A program made the position numbers and the translations under genes. From Bacteroidales bacterium (GTDB lineage: Bacteria > Bacteroidota > Bacteroidia > Bacteroidales > UBA12077): DNA of 47,148 nt. Shown piece by piece: positions 1 through 9,534 of this stretch. The notes beneath the pieces are model-generated. The model had not been told where the DNA came from. It searched no databases and saw only the letters and a program-made list of their open reading frames with translations. The stretch lies in NCBI GenBank assembly GCA_028282585.1, contig JANQHR010000119.1:1-47148 (forward strand). The letters are read 5' to 3'. How positions within the stretch are numbered: position 1 is the first letter of the stretch; each line of letters starts with the position of its first letter.

Positions 1-30
1 TTTTAAAAGCTCCTCCCTATTTGCATTCAT
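1..30 (-). CDS. Possible 5' end of a gene running off the left edge (MNANREELLK...)
   Basis: ATG at 30 on the minus strand, open to the window edge; too short to identify. Confidence 0.3.
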   Translation of the reverse strand, partial: MNANREELLK

Positions 31-110
31 ATTCTAATATTTCTAAAAATGCAAATATGTATTTTATTTTATTCTCCACCTAATAATTCAAGTGATCCAC
101 AATTACAAGT

Positions 111-255
111 AAAATCATAGCATAATGTGATTTTGACCGTCCTTTTATAGTAATCCTATTTTTTTAGGGACAAATCACATCGTAGTGTGATTTTCACCAA
201 AATTTCTAGCAAAAATGTCAAGTCATACGCTAATATCACATTGAAATGTGATTTT
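111..255. promoter_or_regulatory. Three 24-bp palindromic operators (AAAATCA-N10-TGATTTT consensus) upstream of the HTH gene
   Basis: 111-134 aaaatca-tagcataatg-tgatttt; 171-194 caaatca-catcgtagtg-tgatttt; 232-255 aatatca-cattgaaatg-tgatttt; starts 60 and 61 bp apart; a further half-site at 293. Confidence 0.75.
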
Positions 256-306
256 TATTGTGTTTTTCATCTTTATTCTATAATTTCACTTTAAAATCAT
301 TTTAAG

Positions 307-510
307 ATGGAACTAGTACAAATAGGAGAAGTAATCAAGGAAAGAAGGAAATCTTTGCGAATTAATCAAATAAACCTGGCTGAAATGGCTGGAATAAGTA
401 AAAACACCTTATATAAAATTGAAAGGGGACAAACTAATCCAACAATAGAAGTTTTAAAGAAGATTGCAGATATACTTGGGTTAGAAATTAAGTTGGAAGT
501 AAAAAAATAG
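307..510 (+). CDS. XRE/HTH_3 transcriptional regulator, HipB-like antitoxin
   Basis: IKERRKSLRINQINLAEMAGISKNTLYKIERGQTNPTIEVLKKIADILG is a canonical Cro/C1 HTH; followed by a HipA-N-like start. Confidence 0.85.
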   Translation: MELVQIGEVIKERRKSLRINQINLAEMAGISKNTLYKIERGQTNPTIEVLKKIADILGLEIKLEVKK

Positions 511-515
511 TTTAA

Positions 516-572
516 ATGCGAAAAGTAAGAGTATATAGAAATAAAGAACTGGCAGGGGAATTAATTCAGTAA
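516..572 (+). pseudogene. Truncated HipA N-terminal-domain gene remnant (MRKVRVYRNKELAGELIQ*)
   Basis: ATG 5 bp after the HTH stop; the peptide matches the MRKAxVYxNxxLAGxL start typical of Bacteroidota HipA_N proteins; stop at 570-572 and no HipA kinase gene follows. Confidence 0.65.
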
Positions 573-641
573 AAATGGATTTAAACAAAATGTTTATAGA
601 TCTAAATTAAATAGTGAACCATATTATTAAAGCTATATACA

Positions 642-3600
642 TCATGCCTTAAAATAAATGTTTGGGTTTCCGAATAAATGCATTGTTGCCCAACCAGTCG
701 GTGTATAAAATCCATTATATTCACTGTAACCATTTTTAGCCACAAATAAGTTTGATTTCTGCACGGCTCTTGAGATAGAATTACCATTTTCTAATTCATT
801 TAAAAATTTCGATAACCAATGTGGAGCTATATCTGTATTTAAACTCCAAGCAGGAGCTATTACAGCCTTATAACCTAAACTTAATATCTCATTAGTAAAA
901 GAATTTAATCTTTGAGAAAAAATCTCCTTTGAGATTGATGCAGAATTGCATATAAAAAGAATTGCAATATCTCCTTTACCAAAAACTTTTTCAATTCCTA
1001 CTTGCTTTGTTATTGCGTTTCCTTCAACATCTTTTGTATAAACTGTCCTAAAACCATCTAATCCTTTTCCACCATGCGCTAAGAAAATATTAATAGCAGA
1101 ATTCATATTTGTTGAAGGTATAATATCAGTATATATTTTACCTTTAAATTGATCCTCAATAATTGGCTGTAGTTTGTTGTAACCAATATTTATTGTCATA
1201 TCTTCATCTATTATTGGAATCCATGCTTCAACTTTAAAGTTTTCTCTTTTTATTTCTAATATATCGCAATTTTCAGCAAACCAATCTATTGAAATTATAT
1301 TAGCAATACTTGAGTGAAAAGAAATAAAATCTGAATTATTAAGAATATAATCTTGAACTTTCTTTTCATGTTCTGTGTACGAAGTACTTTTATTATCAAA
1401 CTGGGCTTGTAATAAATTATGTGGAAACTCTGATAGTTTTATACTTGAATAAAAAAGAATTTCAACTCCCTGGTTTACATTTGGGATCAACCCAAAATTT
1501 GTCTCTTTAAGAATTTTTATATATTCTGTCTCTTGCTCTTCAATAAAAAAACCACCTTTTTTATCTTCAAAGAAGAAATTTGAAATATTTAACAGCCAAT
1601 TGCTCATCTCATTTAGGCTCCAATTCTCCAGTTTAAATAACAGTAGTTCTTTTTTATAATTTATCTGTAGAGCATAGATATCCCTTGAAACATCGAAAAT
1701 CCAATAAATCAATTGATTTTCATAGATCTTTATTTTTTTTAAAATATCTTTTGCATAAGAATCTATATACTCTTTTACAGTTAAATCTGCAGAAATAAAT
1801 GGTGCATAATCCTGCGCTTTCTTATTTTTAAAAGTCAGATAGTGATCATTGAGAACCAATCCTGCAGTTAATATTGTATCAAAATCAGTTGGTTCTAGCG
1901 ATACTTTAATAGCATTTTTAGCTAATATTTCCAACTCTCCTAATTCAAATACTAAATCTTCGTAGTCTCTTGTTTCATGGACCTTTACCAAAGCATTTTT
2001 TAATGTATCCTTCGACAACTTATCCTTTGGATAGAACTTAGATTCTAGATCTTCAACACTATTTTTTGAAGTATCTTCTTTAAGTTGATTTAGGTAATTA
2101 TTCAGCTCTGAAAAGTCATTAATTATTCCAAGCTCATAAAAATTTCTCAGATTATATAATAAAGCAATCCAAGGAATTGTTCCCTTTTCTTTGAACCCCT
2201 TTATCTCATTAATATTTTCTCTTAGATATTCTATAACATCATCAACTAAATTATTAGCATCTTCTATATCAGTTAAGCGTGCATTAAAATAACTAAGTGT
2301 TATCTTTTGCGTATCATATTTATTTAAATCTAGCCTATTAAGAATCTTATAGATTTGCTCCACCATTTTATAGAATCGAAAATTTCTATAAAACAATAAT
2401 GAATTATATAAGGCATCCAGCAGTAAATAATCATCAATTACTGTTAATGAAGTAAGAGCCGAAAAAAATAAATTACCATTATAGGTCGCTTCAAAAACAT
2501 TGTTTTGTTTTATATAGCATTTAAATAAACATAACCAGCCGATTAAAGGAGTATTCTCATTTTTAAGAGAATATTCCAAAATACCCTCAGAAAAATCTCG
2601 CGCCTTTTGATAATAATTATTCAGGTTTAATGCATCAACAAAATTTAGGATTACTGAATAAAGTTCCTTATTGTAATTTTCTTTTCCTTTTGATAAACTT
2701 ATAAAAAAACTAATTAGTAAAAGATGATTATTTAACTCATCTTCCGTATAACTCTTCTGTTCTAATGAAGATAATAAGTATAAAATATACTCAATAACTT
2801 CAACTAAACTTTTTGGATCTAAACTATGTTTAATATCAAAACTTGATAGTTCAATTAAATTTCCACTTTCCCCATTTATTTTCATTAATTCTAGTAACTT
2901 TTCACTAGCACTCTCATCATTATAATCTGTAGTTTTCCTTTTTTTATTTGACCTTATTTTTGCACGATCTAGTTTATGTACAGCTATATCTAAACAGTTT
3001 ATAAAATAGGAAATGTTATTTATGCCTGATATCTTTAATCTACTTAAGACATCAACTCTAATTTTTCTTTCTTTCTCAAATACGAGTAAATTAAATATCT
3101 GTGGTAAATAATAATTAATCTTGCTTTCTAAAAACTTCTTGTTTTCAGAATATTCATCAAAGAATTTATCGAAATAATATAGTTGTTTAAAATAATACTC
3201 CACTTCTTCAATATATTCCCCTATTCTGTGTACTAAGGGAATTGTTTCTATTCCTTCACTATAAATTGCTGGATTTGAATCCTTTGGTACAATTCTAATT
3301 TCTTTTAGCCTATAATTCCTGATTTTTTCAGCTATCGGATTTGGTTTATATAAAAACTCTTTAAAATTTTCATTAAATTCTGTTTCATTATTGTAATAGC
3401 TTATAGTTGCCATTATATCCTGTTGAATTCCTTCTGGACTAAAAGCAACTTTAGCTTGTCTTAATTCTCCTGAGAAAAAATAATTTTTTAAGAGATAAAA
3501 ATCAAAGACATGATTGTTATCAATAATAATACCGCTTAAAGAAGGATAATTAGTTAACAAAACACCATAAATGTTCATTTGATCCTTCCCTACTATTTCT

Positions 3601-5150
3601 TTAATATTTTTCTCAATAATCTGTTTTTTGTTATTTAATTTTATAGATACCTTTTGAAGGTTCTTGATTGATTCATTATATTCAATTGATTGAATAGGAA
3701 ACTTGAACAAACTAACTTCCAATATTATTAAGTTATTCTTTGTTTTAATTGCAAATACAGATTTCAATTCGTCATTTACCTTAGCTAATTCTTCTTGAGT
3801 GATAATCTCAAATTCATACTCATTATCCCTTTTTATGGATATCTCTGAAATAACAAACTGCATAAACATTTTTTCCTGAAGTTCAACAGGTATAGCTTTT
3901 TCAAGAAGTAAATCCGTTAAGTAAACCAAGTGAGCATCTGCCATTGCAGACATTAAGAAGTAATAATATTTATCTATCTCAATAAATGGTGTTACCCAAA
4001 TATCTTCGATAGTATTAATTTCTTTCGTAAGTATACGTAGAATTTTTTGAACCAATCTAACATCATAATTTGTTTTCTTTGATAAATATTGTAATAAACC
4101 TGCCTTAAGAATTTTTATTGGAACATTACTGTTATTTTGATTTTCAAAGGAACTATCAACAATATATTTAGCATCTAGGTTATGCAAGCAGGTCTGAATT
4201 TCAGATAAAACTAATAATAATTCATAAACTGTAAGGTTATTAAAATATGTAAGTTTTTTCTCATTAAGATGATAGTAATATGTAAAAAACACAGAATTAA
4301 AATTGGCTTCACTAATATTATCTACTTCAATAGTATTATTTTCAATATGTACTGTATTGTTATCCACACTCATTTTTGGTAAAGTCCTTTTTTGATCAAA
4401 GAATCTCAAACTATACAATAAGTTTTCTTGAATTAAATTAGAATAGCGCTCTTTGCCCACCATCTGTTGTAAATAATAAAAATGTGGGGTTTGCTTAAAA
4501 TAAATTGCTCCTTTTTTTTCTGTTAATTCGCCATACTCAAACTTATAATATTTAAAGGCACTCTCAATATTTACAAATAAATTTGCATGTAGAATTAATT
4601 GCCAAATCAATGATATTCTTTCATTTTCTTTTAATAAAGGTAAATTGCCATCATATTCTGGATTGAATGAATTAATAATATCTAATAAAATAACAACAGA
4701 ATCTACAGATGCCTCAATAGCATCGACAGCATTAATTTTATCACCCATAAAATTTTCAACCTTCTGATCAACGCTATTCGTAAGATCCACAGGTAATTTA
4801 TTGTCACTTTCTAAAGTTTTTTGTGTAACTGTTACAGACAATGAAAAATAGTTAAAATTCGTGAATGCAAAAATATTCTCTATAAGTTCTAATTTACCTA
4901 GGTTAATTTTATCTATTAAATCCTCCATTTTAGTCATTAAACCTTCATATATTTGACTTAAATGAAGTATTGCCTTAATTGTATCTTTACCTTTATCTGA
5001 ACTAACAATTTTATCATCTTTATATTCATTTTCAATATAATACTTTAATTTATCTAAAAACTTTTCTTCATTAAATTCATCACTTAATGGATTCGTAAAT
5101 TCAAATTCAGCAACTAATTGTTTGATAATTTGATCTAAATCAATATTCAT
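642..5150 (-). CDS. Large (~1500 aa) protein with C-terminal CHAT (caspase/HetF-like) peptidase domain, central helical/TPR-like region and uncharacterised N-terminal module
   Basis: C-terminal IFLAHGG (His) and ILFICNS (Cys) dyad motifs, then LGYKAVIAPAWSL and WATMHLFGNP, matching the CHAT signature; ORF track starts at TTG 5162, ATG 5150 preferred. Confidence 0.75.
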   Translation of the reverse strand: MNIDLDQIIKQLVAEFEFTNPLSDEFNEEKFLDKLKYYIENEYKDDKIVSSDKGKDTIKAILHLSQIYEGLMTKMEDLIDKINLGKLELIENIFAFTNFNYFSLSVTVTQKTLESDNKLPVDLTNSVDQKVENFMGDKINAVDAIEASVDSVVILLDIINSFNPEYDGNLPLLKENERISLIWQLILHANLFVNIESAFKYYKFEYGELTEKKGAIYFKQTPHFYYLQQMVGKERYSNLIQENLLYSLRFFDQKRTLPKMSVDNNTVHIENNTIEVDNISEANFNSVFFTYYYHLNEKKLTYFNNLTVYELLLVLSEIQTCLHNLDAKYIVDSSFENQNNSNVPIKILKAGLLQYLSKKTNYDVRLVQKILRILTKEINTIEDIWVTPFIEIDKYYYFLMSAMADAHLVYLTDLLLEKAIPVELQEKMFMQFVISEISIKRDNEYEFEIITQEELAKVNDELKSVFAIKTKNNLIILEVSLFKFPIQSIEYNESIKNLQKVSIKLNNKKQIIEKNIKEIVGKDQMNIYGVLLTNYPSLSGIIIDNNHVFDFYLLKNYFFSGELRQAKVAFSPEGIQQDIMATISYYNNETEFNENFKEFLYKPNPIAEKIRNYRLKEIRIVPKDSNPAIYSEGIETIPLVHRIGEYIEEVEYYFKQLYYFDKFFDEYSENKKFLESKINYYLPQIFNLLVFEKERKIRVDVLSRLKISGINNISYFINCLDIAVHKLDRAKIRSNKKRKTTDYNDESASEKLLELMKINGESGNLIELSSFDIKHSLDPKSLVEVIEYILYLLSSLEQKSYTEDELNNHLLLISFFISLSKGKENYNKELYSVILNFVDALNLNNYYQKARDFSEGILEYSLKNENTPLIGWLCLFKCYIKQNNVFEATYNGNLFFSALTSLTVIDDYLLLDALYNSLLFYRNFRFYKMVEQIYKILNRLDLNKYDTQKITLSYFNARLTDIEDANNLVDDVIEYLRENINEIKGFKEKGTIPWIALLYNLRNFYELGIINDFSELNNYLNQLKEDTSKNSVEDLESKFYPKDKLSKDTLKNALVKVHETRDYEDLVFELGELEILAKNAIKVSLEPTDFDTILTAGLVLNDHYLTFKNKKAQDYAPFISADLTVKEYIDSYAKDILKKIKIYENQLIYWIFDVSRDIYALQINYKKELLLFKLENWSLNEMSNWLLNISNFFFEDKKGGFFIEEQETEYIKILKETNFGLIPNVNQGVEILFYSSIKLSEFPHNLLQAQFDNKSTSYTEHEKKVQDYILNNSDFISFHSSIANIISIDWFAENCDILEIKRENFKVEAWIPIIDEDMTINIGYNKLQPIIEDQFKGKIYTDIIPSTNMNSAINIFLAHGGKGLDGFRTVYTKDVEGNAITKQVGIEKVFGKGDIAILFICNSASISKEIFSQRLNSFTNEILSLGYKAVIAPAWSLNTDIAPHWLSKFLNELENGNSISRAVQKSNLFVAKNGYSEYNGFYTPTGWATMHLFGNPNIYFKA

Positions 5151-5502
5151 ATCTAAATGCAATTTGTTATAACATTAATTCTGTTTTTAGTCTTACAAAT
5201 TCAGTAAAATTATTTACCACATGTAATTACTTAAAACCTATACTCCATTTCGTAGCTTCAAAATTTACGTTCTTAAAGGAAAGTCGATATGAATTTAATA
5301 ATATTATTTCAATATACAAGGAAGTTGTATATCAATTAAATAAGACGTTATTATCTTAAATTCGGTTAATCATAGATAAACAAAAAGTTAACAAAGAATA
5401 TATATTGATATTTATATTAACCTGGGTTGATGAAGTTGCATAATATTCATTTTGAATTAATTATAATATACTATATTTGATAATAAATAATTTTATAGCA
5501 TT

Positions 5503-5871
5503 GTGATTGATTTTATTAAAGAAATAATGGATACTCCATTAGCTACTTCTATTTCCTTCATAAGTATGATCTTTTTTATAATATCATCTTTATTATGGAT
5601 TATTAAAGGAACAAAAATATTTCTTAGGGAACTGAAGTTAAGGAATAAGTTAAGGTTAGCAATCATAATAGTATTATTTATTCTTTGCGGTTTAATTGCA
5701 CCAACTTTTGTGTTAATTAAATCATTTAGTGATTGGACAGGAATACTTTTATGGATATCTCAAATAATATCTTGGTATGTATTATCTGTATTTCTCTCAG
5801 CAACTATATTTGTAATAAAATTCGAGATTTCTGTTAAAAGAATAAAACCAGTAGATGATGATTTTGATTAA
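5503..5871 (+). CDS. Hypothetical membrane protein (about 3 TM segments)
   Basis: Three hydrophobic stretches, acidic C-tail; GTG start; TATATTTG (-7-like box) at 5472-5479. Confidence 0.6.
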   Translation: MIDFIKEIMDTPLATSISFISMIFFIISSLLWIIKGTKIFLRELKLRNKLRLAIIIVLFILCGLIAPTFVLIKSFSDWTGILLWISQIISWYVLSVFLSATIFVIKFEISVKRIKPVDDDFD

Positions 5872-5936
5872 CACATATTGTATAATAATCCCTGATACCT
5901 ACTTGATTATTCATACCAAAAATAGTTATAGTCATT

Positions 5937-6486
5937 TTATTCCTGGCGCTGCTTCCAAATCTCATGCATTTTTTTTGCAGCAACATCCTGATCAATCTTC
6001 AAATATCTCATAAAGGACTTTTCTGTTTTATGTCATGAAATTTTCATAATATAAATAATTGGGGTTCCAGCCAAAAATTCATTGGTACAGAATGATCTGC
6101 GGCAAGTATGTGATGATATTAGTTCATGTTTTTTATGAATGGTTCTAATTTTCTCAGCACCTTTTTTATAAACCAACTCCACTTCATCGTCAATTTTAGC
6201 TTTTTCGCCTACCTTCTTAACTACTTTATTAAACTTATTACTATCAATCTTTGGAAGATTATTATTATACTTTTTAAATATCTCTTTCACTTTCTTTTTT
6301 AGTGGGATAGTCTGGCTTTGATGTGTTTTATTTATCCTTTTATTCAAATATTTATCATTGATATGATGCTTTTCTATGGTAAAGAAATCACTAAATCTCA
6401 AACCCGTTAAACAGCCTATTAAGAGATAATCTCTTATAATATCGAATTCCTTGTTATCTGATAAATCAAGTTCATATATTCTATTA
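5937..6486 (-). pseudogene. Tyrosine recombinase/integrase catalytic-domain remnant
   Basis: One frame reads NRIYELDLSDN...IGCLTGLRFSDF...ISSHTCRRSFCTN...IMKIS*HKTEKSFMRYLKID...; TGA at 6033-6035 replaces the Gly of the SGH motif; N-terminal arm and SAM-like domains missing. Confidence 0.85.
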
Positions 6487-6491
6487 GATGC

Positions 6492-6520
6492 AAAAGTTTC
6501 TCAAAATGAGAGGCTTTTTT
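6492..6520. terminator. Hairpin with T-run at the integrase truncation point; terminator or attachment-site-associated
   Basis: aaaagtttctca-aaa-tgagaggctttttt. Confidence 0.5.
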
Positions 6521-6602
6521 ATTCACATATAACTTCAAAACTATTATCAACCCTGAATGTAACCATTTTCATTAAATATTGTCTATATTATAAAAACCAA
6601 GA

Positions 6603-6989
6603 ATGAAAAAAACAGCGAGAATATTTAATATAAAAGCACGACTTTTTGCTCGACAAGCGAAACGTTCTATTACTTATCTTAGCAAGGGGTTTGGCCAGGA
6701 ATATAATGAAACAAAAGATATGGCCAAAGTTTTTTTCAATCTGCTGGAAGACAAACTTAAACTTAAGGAAAGGAAAACCATTCCCACTGAAGAGGAAGTA
6801 AAAAAGGCAATAGACCAATTAAAAGATATTGGGCGCTTGTCTGTCTTTACATCTATATCTTTAATTCCTGGTGGTGGATTTTCATTAATAGGTCTTGAAC
6901 TGCTAGCGAGAAAATTCGGAATTAAGAATTTTACATTTGTTCCTTCAGCTTTTCGTAGTAAGAAGAATAAAAGTACTACTAAATCATAA
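6603..6989 (+). CDS. Small LETM1-like domain protein
   Basis: QLKDIGRLSVFTSISLIPGGGFSL...FVPSAF resembles the LETM1 D..(R/K)....LPGG....LPSAF motif. Confidence 0.55.
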   Translation: MKKTARIFNIKARLFARQAKRSITYLSKGFGQEYNETKDMAKVFFNLLEDKLKLKERKTIPTEEEVKKAIDQLKDIGRLSVFTSISLIPGGGFSLIGLELLARKFGIKNFTFVPSAFRSKKNKSTTKS

Positions 6990-7081
6990 TAAACATAACA
7001 AAAAAAGTTATTCGCTTAAACAACTTAGTATCTCCAAGATGATAAGTGACTAATTCTAAGTCTAAGTGTTTCTAAATCAAT

Positions 7082-7732
7082 TCACATCCACTGATGCATA
7101 TCCAACCAAAAATAGCTACCCAAACCGATAGTAAAAACCAGGTTGCCGTAGAAACCATGCAGAATTGAAGTAAACAAAACACTCTTTGTTTTTAAATAAG
7201 TGTAAGTAAGATAAAGTCCCAGAATAAGTGTTAGAATGATTGATATGTGGCTGTAATATACAATGTGAACAAAACTAAATGCTATGCTACTTACCAATAC
7301 AAAAGTAAGTTTTGATTTAAATATGAGCCTGTAACGGTAAAATATAAATGTTCTGTATATAATCTCTTGTCCATAAGCCGAAAATATAGGGTAGAAAATA
7401 CAAAGTAAAATCCAGATCCTCGGATTTGCCATGGGTAAATTAAATAGGTTTTCTCTGTCGAATACAAAAACCAATAAAATCAATAATGAAGATATAATGG
7501 CAAATATTAAGAGGTGTTTCAGCATTATTTTCTTATTCAATTTTAATTGAATAAGCTCTTTAAATTTAAATTTCGGTAAACGGTACAGGTAAATAAAAAT
7601 AACAACTAAAACCGGCAACACAATTGCACTGGGGTGAATAAATTCGGGATCAAAATAAATATATAATGGTACTCCGAAAAATAACAGAATGAATTCAATT
7701 AAACGCAATGATTTATGTACTGATTTAATCAT
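7082..7732 (-). CDS. CPBP (Abi/CAAX) family intramembrane glutamic endopeptidase
   Basis: QEIIYRTF, FSFVH and ILHG motifs; multiple TM segments. Confidence 0.85.
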   Translation of the reverse strand: MIKSVHKSLRLIEFILLFFGVPLYIYFDPEFIHPSAIVLPVLVVIFIYLYRLPKFKFKELIQLKLNKKIMLKHLLIFAIISSLLILLVFVFDRENLFNLPMANPRIWILLCIFYPIFSAYGQEIIYRTFIFYRYRLIFKSKLTFVLVSSIAFSFVHIVYYSHISIILTLILGLYLTYTYLKTKSVLFTSILHGFYGNLVFTIGLGSYFWLDMHQWM

Positions 7733-7788
7733 GGCATGAAAATCAAATCTTGTTGTAACCTATCTTTAAATTCTCATAAATCTGTTAA

Positions 7789-8457
7789 TTACATATTATG
7801 TTTTGCTAAATTATTTATATCAGGATTTTCAAGAATTTTTAACTCCTGTGGATATAGTACGGAATTAATCATTGCTAAACCAACAAAGGAACTAAGAGTG
7901 ATAAATTTACTTTTTCTTAATAATGGGAAGAATGGCCTGGTAATAATATAAAAGAAATTGTATAAGCGTGTTCTTGATCTAACTCCTTTTTCGGGTAATA
8001 TAAACCCCGGCCTAAACGCGTAAGCATCTTTAAATCCTTGTTTAAAAACCATATTCTCTGTTTTTCCTTTTACTCTTGCCCACATCACCTTTCCATTTTC
8101 TGAGCTATCCGTTCCGGTTCCGGAGACAAAATTAAATACCATATCAGGATTTAACTCGAATAAAACCTTAACAAAACTTTCTGTCATTGAATAGGTTATT
8201 TCGGTATATTTTTCCTCGTTCAATCCCACCGAAGATATTCCCATACAATAAAAGCATGCATCATACCCTTTTAGATTTTCTTTAATCGAATCAATATCTA
8301 AAAAATCCTTATGAATAATTTCTTTAAGTTTTGGATGATCAATATTAATCGAACGCCTGTTTATTACTAGTATTGAATCTACATTACTACTTTCTATACA
8401 TTCTAATAATACTGCCTTTCCAACCATTCCGGTTGATCCTGTTATAATTACTTTCAT
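7789..8457 (-). CDS. NAD(P)-binding epimerase/atypical SDR
   Basis: Rossmann motif ITGSTGMVG; WARVKGKTE; FRPGFI. Confidence 0.85.
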   Translation of the reverse strand: MKVIITGSTGMVGKAVLLECIESSNVDSILVINRRSINIDHPKLKEIIHKDFLDIDSIKENLKGYDACFYCMGISSVGLNEEKYTEITYSMTESFVKVLFELNPDMVFNFVSGTGTDSSENGKVMWARVKGKTENMVFKQGFKDAYAFRPGFILPEKGVRSRTRLYNFFYIITRPFFPLLRKSKFITLSSFVGLAMINSVLYPQELKILENPDINNLAKHNM

Positions 8458-8556
8458 ATCTCAATTATTTTATTAAACGCCTCTAACCTGAATTTGTTAG
8501 AGGCAAATTACGTATTTTTATCATATTTAACTCTATCTAACCAAACATTCCTATAG

Positions 8557-9456
8557 CTAAAATTTTACACTAGTTAAATTCTCCGAAACCTCCCACAATT
8601 TCTTTGCCGCTTCTTTATCTTGAGATCGTTTATTAGATTTTACTTTTACAGGATAACCTTTCATTTCCATGAATCCTCTTGGTCCATAATAATCACCTGA
8701 ATCAGCTTCAGGGTCAGTTGCTGCTCGTAAAGTAGGTAAAGTACCCATTTTCACATTTTGTGAAAAAAAGTTATTTAAAAAACTGGCGAGGCCTGAATGG
8801 CGCTGTAACTCGGTTCTTGTCCAGCCTGGATGCGCTGCTATGACTCTAGGGGCATTTTCTTCATTTTCCAGTTTTTTAATCAACTCAAACATAAAGTAAA
8901 GATTGGCTATTTTACTGTCGCCATAAGCCTTTTGAGTATTATATTTTCTTTTTTCCCAATTGATATCAGAAAAGTCAATATTACCCATATTATGTGCAAC
9001 GCTTGATGTAGCAACAATACGAGAATTTATGGTGCTTTTTAATAATGGCATTAATCTGCCGGTTAATGCAAAATGGCCAAAATGATTGGTACCCATTTGA
9101 ATTTCGAAGCCATCTTTAGTTTTTGAATAAGGACACATCATTATTCCTGCATTGTTAATAAGAATATCTAAACGATCAAAATCCTTAATGATTCCATCTG
9201 TAAAAGTTTTAATTGATTCTAAGCTGGTAAGGTCAAGCGCACGAACAACTATATCAGCAGTTGGAAGCTCATTTTTAATTTCAGTAATCACACCTTCTCC
9301 TTTTTCTACATTTCGAACCGCTAAAATAACTGAAGCATTCTTACTTGCTAATACCTTGGCTGCTTCTTTACCTAATCCGCTGGTTGCTCCAGTAACTATG
9401 GCAACTTTTCCTTTTTGGTCAGGAATATTATTTGAACTCCACTTTTCTTTTTTCAT
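8557..9456 (-). CDS. SDR oxidoreductase (retinol/protochlorophyllide-reductase-like subgroup)
   Basis: TGATSGLG, INNAGIM, GTNHFGHF, YGDSK, AHPG; likely start MKKEKW at 9456 (ORF track 9501). Confidence 0.9.
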   Translation of the reverse strand: MKKEKWSSNNIPDQKGKVAIVTGATSGLGKEAAKVLASKNASVILAVRNVEKGEGVITEIKNELPTADIVVRALDLTSLESIKTFTDGIIKDFDRLDILINNAGIMMCPYSKTKDGFEIQMGTNHFGHFALTGRLMPLLKSTINSRIVATSSVAHNMGNIDFSDINWEKRKYNTQKAYGDSKIANLYFMFELIKKLENEENAPRVIAAHPGWTRTELQRHSGLASFLNNFFSQNVKMGTLPTLRAATDPEADSGDYYGPRGFMEMKGYPVKVKSNKRSQDKEAAKKLWEVSENLTSVKF

Positions 9457-9534
9457 AATATTTAATTTTAAAGTTTTTAGTTTGTTATAAATGTTAATCA
9501 TCCCAAAGATGCTTAATATTTAGTTTTAATTTAA

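Noticed and set aside
111-255. CRP sites or a mini-CRISPR array
   Set aside because: Half-sites are in TCACA...TGTGA order, the reverse of CRP. Repeat cores differ between copies, there are only three, and no cas genes are present. The 24+36/37-bp period is CRISPR-like, but an operator array fits better.
602-787. 61-aa ORF
   Set aside because: Alternative frame overlapping the 3' end of the CHAT gene
6033-6035. TGA recoding (Sec/Trp/Gly) in the integrase
   Set aside because: Intact genes here end in TGA (for example at 14274 and 39112) and the integrase is also 5'-truncated, so a nonsense mutation is simpler
6480-6600. tRNA at the island boundary
   Set aside because: No cloverleaf or T-loop (GTTCGA) motif visible
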